Shown here: piece after piece, positions 58,736 to 62,752 of the stretch
How the letters are laid out: the number at the start of each line of letters is the position of its first letter
Position numbering within the stretch: the first letter of the stretch is position 1
Assembly (NCBI GenBank): GCA_043758875.1
Contig: JAYVMR010000020.1
Location: 1 to 62,752, forward strand
Direction: 5' to 3'
DNA from: Candidatus Nomurabacteria bacterium
GTDB lineage: Bacteria; Patescibacteriota; Minisyncoccia; Phycocordibacterales; UBA9973
Length of the DNA stretch: 62,752 nucleotides
Position numbers and translations under genes: made by a program
Notes under the pieces: generated by a model
Database searches by the model: none
What the model saw: the letters and a program-made list of their open reading frames with translations, nothing else
Told to the model about the DNA's origin: nothing

Positions 58736-58751
58736 TCATTTTAAAAAGCAT

Positions 58752-59183
58752 ATGAAAATAGACGAACATGTTGAAGCGCTCATTGTATCAGCCGAATCAA
58801 AGGCTTTGGCAACCTATGGCACACATCTGAATGTGGTGCCCGTATCCTCAATCAAAGTTGTTGACGGAAATATCTGGCTTATAAATTATTTCATGGATAA
58901 GACCCTGGCCAATATTCTGACTAACCAATCTGTCGCTCTGGTTTGTTGGAAAAAAATGATCGGGTATCAAATAAAGGGTACTGTTCAGTATAAGACAGAG
59001 GGTAAAGATTTTGATCATGCTGTGGCATGGATCAAGGAGGTATTGCCAAAAAGGATTGTTAAGGGCTTGATCATACTAACCCCTGAGGAAATACACGATA
59101 TTGCGCCAGCTAAAAATACTAAAGAACTTTTTAAACGCATAAGAATAATACCTAACGCTATTTTAAATTTCTGGTTTAAATAG
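58752..59183 (+). CDS. Pyridoxamine 5'-phosphate oxidase-like FMN-binding split-barrel protein
   Basis: ALATYGTHLNVVPVSSIKVVDGNIWLINYFMDKTLANI...VALVCW...GYQIKG pattern. Confidence 0.75.
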   Translation: MKIDEHVEALIVSAESKALATYGTHLNVVPVSSIKVVDGNIWLINYFMDKTLANILTNQSVALVCWKKMIGYQIKGTVQYKTEGKDFDHAVAWIKEVLPKRIVKGLIILTPEEIHDIAPAKNTKELFKRIRIIPNAILNFWFK

Positions 59184-59201
59184 ATAGCAAATTGGGATGG
59201 T

Positions 59202-59233
59202 AGCAAAAATCACTACTATCCGTGATTTTTGCT
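59202..59233 (+). terminator. Hairpin after the PNPOx-like gene
   Basis: agcaaaaatcac-tactatcc-gtgatttttgct; no U-run after it. Confidence 0.5.
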
Positions 59234-59441
59234 CTGATTACTGCGCTCAGCAGGTATGCAGTGGTTGGGTAGATCATGTGCTTTAGGGTAATATTCTTCA
59301 TTGCAGTTGGCGTATTTATCGTATTACCAAGACTACCTTTTGTTATTCATCTAAGTAACCTACTTATAGAATTTATTGGACAGTTGTGTCTGCAGATGCT
59401 GAAGTAGCAGTTGAAGCATCAATGTCGAGGCTTTTAAGACT

Positions 59442-62360
59442 TTAAAACCGAGTTAATATCGTCATCAAGTGCCTTGTCCGTGGACCGACAAATCCTGAAG
59501 TAGGAAGATAATTCTTTTTCTGGAATGTCTGTACCGCTTGCTTAGTGTAGATATCAAATATACCAGTGGTCTGTTTGCTTTGGTAGCTTCCTTCTCTCAT
59601 CAGAAATTCCTGTAGATTATTCACATTTTCACCCTTTGTGCCGTATTTCAGATCAGTATTGAACACAGCTATGTCTGCAGGAAGGTGCAGCGTGACTTGC
59701 GCAAGAGCCGATCGGTTTAATGCATCTTGCGTTGCAGTGTCAGTGATGCCTGTCTGAGGAAGATTGTGCTGTAATTGGTAAGCCATCAGACCTTTCTGTG
59801 TTAGTGAACCGAAGACGCTATCAATTTTTGTTGTTGGATACAGATTGCCTTCGTTTACTAAGATACGTTGTAAATGTTCCACTTCAAGATCAGTGCTTCC
59901 TTTTTGCAGTACTTCTACGAAATGTTGTTGCGGTTGTGAAGCTTCAATGACTGGAGTAACTTGCACGACTGTTTGTCCCACAAATGATCCTCTACTAGCG
60001 CCGCCAGTACTACTGGTTCCTGTATTGGTAACAGATGCTATCGGGGCAAGCGATGCATTTACCGCGCCTGAGTAATTTCTATCATGATCGTATGAGTAGA
60101 TTGCGTAGTAGTACATCTGTCCGTTCATTAATCCGATGTCAGTAAATGTCTTACCGTCTCCTTCATAAAGTGTTTGTCCGTCAGTTGGGCTGCTTGGATA
60201 GCCGCCAAGTTTTCGTACCACAACAGTACGGACATAATTTGTTTCCTCGGGATTGTCCCAATTGAATACGATTTGTGCATTGCCAGCGGTAGCATTAATA
60301 AGTAACGGATTAGAGAGTGTTACAGATGAAGTTGTTGATTGAGAAGAAGGAACAGTGATAGCAGTAGTTGTTGTAGCAGCAAGCATTACGGAAACAACAT
60401 TAGAAGTTACTGACCAGTCGCTAATCATATATTTCGCTTTCAGGGCGAAGTAGTAAGTTGTGTTAGCAGTTAATCCAACAACAACATACTGACGGCTTGT
60501 ACCAATGGCTTGCAGATCAGCATAGAAAATCGGCAGACTCTGAGAACTTGTTGCATTGGCAAAGTTCTGTTCAGTGATTGGGGTCGTACTGTATCGAATG
60601 TCATATTCCTGGGCAGTGTCGGTATCTGGAGTCGCAACGTTCCACGATAGCGTTGCAGAAGTCTGGTCAGATGAGGAAGCTGTGAGCGTGCTGATGGCAG
60701 TTGCAGCACTAGCTCTTGGAGTCACTACAGCAGATGCTGACGTGGTGAAAGTATAGTCAGTAGAGATGGTACTATCTCCTGCACTATTTTTTGATACAAC
60801 TTGATAGTGATAGACAGTGTCAGGAGTTAAGTTTGAAAGCGCGACGGAATGATTTGCCCTAAAGGTTGTATCAAGCGTGGCTGACTGTCCATAACCAGTG
60901 AAAATGCCGTAGTGAACTTGGGAGGTTGCTCCGATGTCGGTATTCCATGTCACAGTCGCGGAAGTCTCAGTCACATTTGAAGACGCGATGTTTGAAAGCG
61001 TTGCAGGAGTGGTGACAAATACTGGCATTGAAAGCGTAGTGAACTCATGCTCGATTGAAACGGTTTCAATAGTTGCACCGGCTGGCTTTGACTGTACTTT
61101 GAACATGTAGTTTGTATTTTCAGAAAGGCCAGTAATGGTCACTGAGTGTGATGTAGTCAATGCCGTATCAAGAAGAGTAGTTGAGCCAAGTCTTGAGTCA
61201 CGCCCGTAGAGCATCTGCGTGTCTGACGGAATGTCAGTGTTCCAAGAAACGGTGACAGCACTTGTACTGATGGAAGGAGTATCGATGGCGGAAATAATCG
61301 CTTGCGGCGGAGTGACTGTAGTGGTTGTTTGGGGAACAGTAACTGGCGGAGTCGCTGGCGTGGTTGGAGTTGTTATGGTTGACGTAGTAAGGGTTGCAGG
61401 AATTGTGGTATTGGGAACAATTACCGTTGGCGCGATAGCAACAGGGATTGTATTGGTGGTGAAGGTATTGTCCGGAGTGACGGCAATATTGCCGGATTGG
61501 TCAGTGGAACGAACACGGTAATGATACAACGTGTTAGGTGTCAGGTCTGAAAGTGTGACTGAATGGTCAAGCGTCAACGCTGTCTGGGTGGCAGACTGAT
61601 TGCCGTAGCTTGCCGTTGTGCCGTATTCAACTTCACCGCTGGCAACCTTGTCAGTGATCCAGTTGATAGTAGCGGAAGTGGTAGTAATGGGAGTTGTGGT
61701 GACAAGATCAACGACAGGTGGAGTAGTATTGATGATGACAGGAGCAACCGCCGTGGTAAATGAATGGTTGCAGGAAGTCGAAGCATACCCATCAACATCA
61801 GTCGCATCGATACAGTAGTGATAGGTAGTATTCGCATCTAAGTTTAAGAGTGTGACCGTATGAGTAAGCGCAGCACTGACACTGAGTGCCGCGGTCAAGC
61901 CATAGTTTGTTGTCGTTCCGTAACGAAATTGCGAAGTCGCCAGTTCATCAGTCGTCCACAGAATGGTCGCCTCAGTCGGCAACACTGAGGCTTCAGTCAC
62001 CCCTGAGATGATGGGGGGATTTGTCTCATGCGGAATAACAGGAGTGACGGTCTGGTCGACAACTGTTTGCACGACTGGTGGTGTCGGGATAGGTGGTGTT
62101 GTTGGATCGGTAGCAACAATCGTTGTAGTGGTCCCTGTTGAAACGGTTGTTTGGGAAGAAGTCGTATCAGTTTGGGTGGAAACGGTTGGTGTTGTAGTCG
62201 GTACAACTGGAGTTGTTGTCACAGGAGCTGTCACTGTTACTGGAGCGGAAGATACATCTGTCGTAATAGAAAGCGCGTCAGCGAAAGCAGGCAGCGTGGG
62301 CCCGAGTATTAAAATGGCAATAAGCACTGCACTTAGCGAGGTGCGCAAAAGATTTTTCAT
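59442..62360 (-). CDS. Secreted multi-Fn3 protein with two C-terminal peptidoglycan-binding (PG_binding_1-like) domains
   Basis: Signal peptide MKNLLRTSLSAVLIAILILGPTLPAFA; four W.TD...YG...H.V.L..L...T.Y.Y repeats plus two further Fn3-like units; LQRILVNEGNLY... and LQEFLMREGSY... PG-binding repeats. Confidence 0.8.
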   Translation of the reverse strand: MKNLLRTSLSAVLIAILILGPTLPAFADALSITTDVSSAPVTVTAPVTTTPVVPTTTPTVSTQTDTTSSQTTVSTGTTTTIVATDPTTPPIPTPPVVQTVVDQTVTPVIPHETNPPIISGVTEASVLPTEATILWTTDELATSQFRYGTTTNYGLTAALSVSAALTHTVTLLNLDANTTYHYCIDATDVDGYASTSCNHSFTTAVAPVIINTTPPVVDLVTTTPITTTSATINWITDKVASGEVEYGTTASYGNQSATQTALTLDHSVTLSDLTPNTLYHYRVRSTDQSGNIAVTPDNTFTTNTIPVAIAPTVIVPNTTIPATLTTSTITTPTTPATPPVTVPQTTTTVTPPQAIISAIDTPSISTSAVTVSWNTDIPSDTQMLYGRDSRLGSTTLLDTALTTSHSVTITGLSENTNYMFKVQSKPAGATIETVSIEHEFTTLSMPVFVTTPATLSNIASSNVTETSATVTWNTDIGATSQVHYGIFTGYGQSATLDTTFRANHSVALSNLTPDTVYHYQVVSKNSAGDSTISTDYTFTTSASAVVTPRASAATAISTLTASSSDQTSATLSWNVATPDTDTAQEYDIRYSTTPITEQNFANATSSQSLPIFYADLQAIGTSRQYVVVGLTANTTYYFALKAKYMISDWSVTSNVVSVMLAATTTTAITVPSSQSTTSSVTLSNPLLINATAGNAQIVFNWDNPEETNYVRTVVVRKLGGYPSSPTDGQTLYEGDGKTFTDIGLMNGQMYYYAIYSYDHDRNYSGAVNASLAPIASVTNTGTSSTGGASRGSFVGQTVVQVTPVIEASQPQQHFVEVLQKGSTDLEVEHLQRILVNEGNLYPTTKIDSVFGSLTQKGLMAYQLQHNLPQTGITDTATQDALNRSALAQVTLHLPADIAVFNTDLKYGTKGENVNNLQEFLMREGSYQSKQTTGIFDIYTKQAVQTFQKKNYLPTSGFVGPRTRHLMTILTRF

Positions 62361-62616
62361 GGTAAAAAAGTTAAGGGAATAAATTAATGATAAATGACAG
62401 TACTCCACCAACAATGGACTCATTGAAGTATAGCAGTATCAGGTTTGCAAAAATATATACTTATCTCAAATTATGTTAATAACAGTAGTCGATTTAGTGA
62501 AATGACTTATGTGAGTGCCCATATGGGGCTTACCTGACAGGGGTGAAGATTTTGTCTATACTGTAAAACACTACCTTGCTATAGGGGTCAAAGAAGAAGA
62601 CACACCTTTCTAATTT

Positions 62617-62742
62617 ATGGATGAAGAAGTATTTGAAACAGCTAAAGAAAATGATTTGAGTTTAGATGAAGCAGAACAGCTTCAAGAACTTGTTGATGAG
62701 ACTGGGCTAGATCCAGACGAAGCGATTGAGCTTTTAGATTAA
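62617..62742 (+). CDS. Candidate 41-aa acidic micro-ORF
   Basis: MDEEVFETAKENDLSLDEAEQLQELVDETGLDPDEAIELLD; not in the ORF track; near the window end; no supporting signals. Confidence 0.2.
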   Translation: MDEEVFETAKENDLSLDEAEQLQELVDETGLDPDEAIELLD

Positions 62743-62752
62743 AATATGGTCC

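Noticed and set aside
1-62752. Alternative genetic code (UGA recoding as in some CPR lineages).
   Set aside because: Conserved genes such as gltX, topA, serS, relA and hsdR are full-length and uninterrupted under the standard code, and several genes terminate at TGA at the expected protein length.

Overview
This 62.7-kb window reads as a compact, gene-dense bacterial chromosome segment with the standard genetic code. About 70 CDS and 2 tRNAs are supportable. I saw no rRNA, no CRISPR array and no integrase or transposase.

Housekeeping genes dominate: rlmB, gltX, engB, a pseudouridine synthase, ychF, tsaC, rpmG, tRNA-Trp, miaA, tRNA-Leu, parB, relA/spoT, topA, dprA, serS, ftsQ-like, dus and dnaX. 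They are interleaved with many secreted or surface proteins: a lamin-tail-domain protein, a DUF5667-like anti-sigma partner, a G1 glutamic peptidase, a 1305-aa beta-helix/lipase protein and a 972-aa Fn3/peptidoglycan-binding protein. This gene content, together with the near absence of Shine-Dalgarno sites, suggests a Patescibacteria/CPR (Parcubacteria-like) host. That assignment is inference only.

The main accessory region is a mosaic defence island at about 18.1-28.7 kb:
- an orphan MazF/PemK-like toxin
- a short GC-rich YgjP/DUF45 metallopeptidase
- a visibly AT-rich five-gene type I R-M operon, hsdM - ATPase with a HEPN-like RNxxxH tail - hsdS - KilA-N - hsdR
- a MoaD/ThiS-like beta-grasp ORF without a GG terminus
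- a DinD-like gene
- an XRE-Panacea(DUF4065) antitoxin overlapping a RelE/ParE-like toxin

The ATPase-HEPN gene embedded in the R-M operon is my best candidate for an undescribed PrrC-analogous system.

Signals beyond the genes:
- A pervasive architecture in which TGnTAnnnT ends 6 nt before the ATG, implying leaderless mRNAs, at 13 genes.
- A dispersed ~21-nt palindromic element, CCTTCGAC..GCTCAGG, with copies inside coding sequence.
- Twin convergent hairpins with unrelated stems but an identical 21-nt loop.
- Several exact palindromic or direct repeats.
- A decaying AT-rich patch at 57.8-58.7 kb.

All calls come from reading motifs by eye. No searches were run, and composition statements are visual rather than computed.
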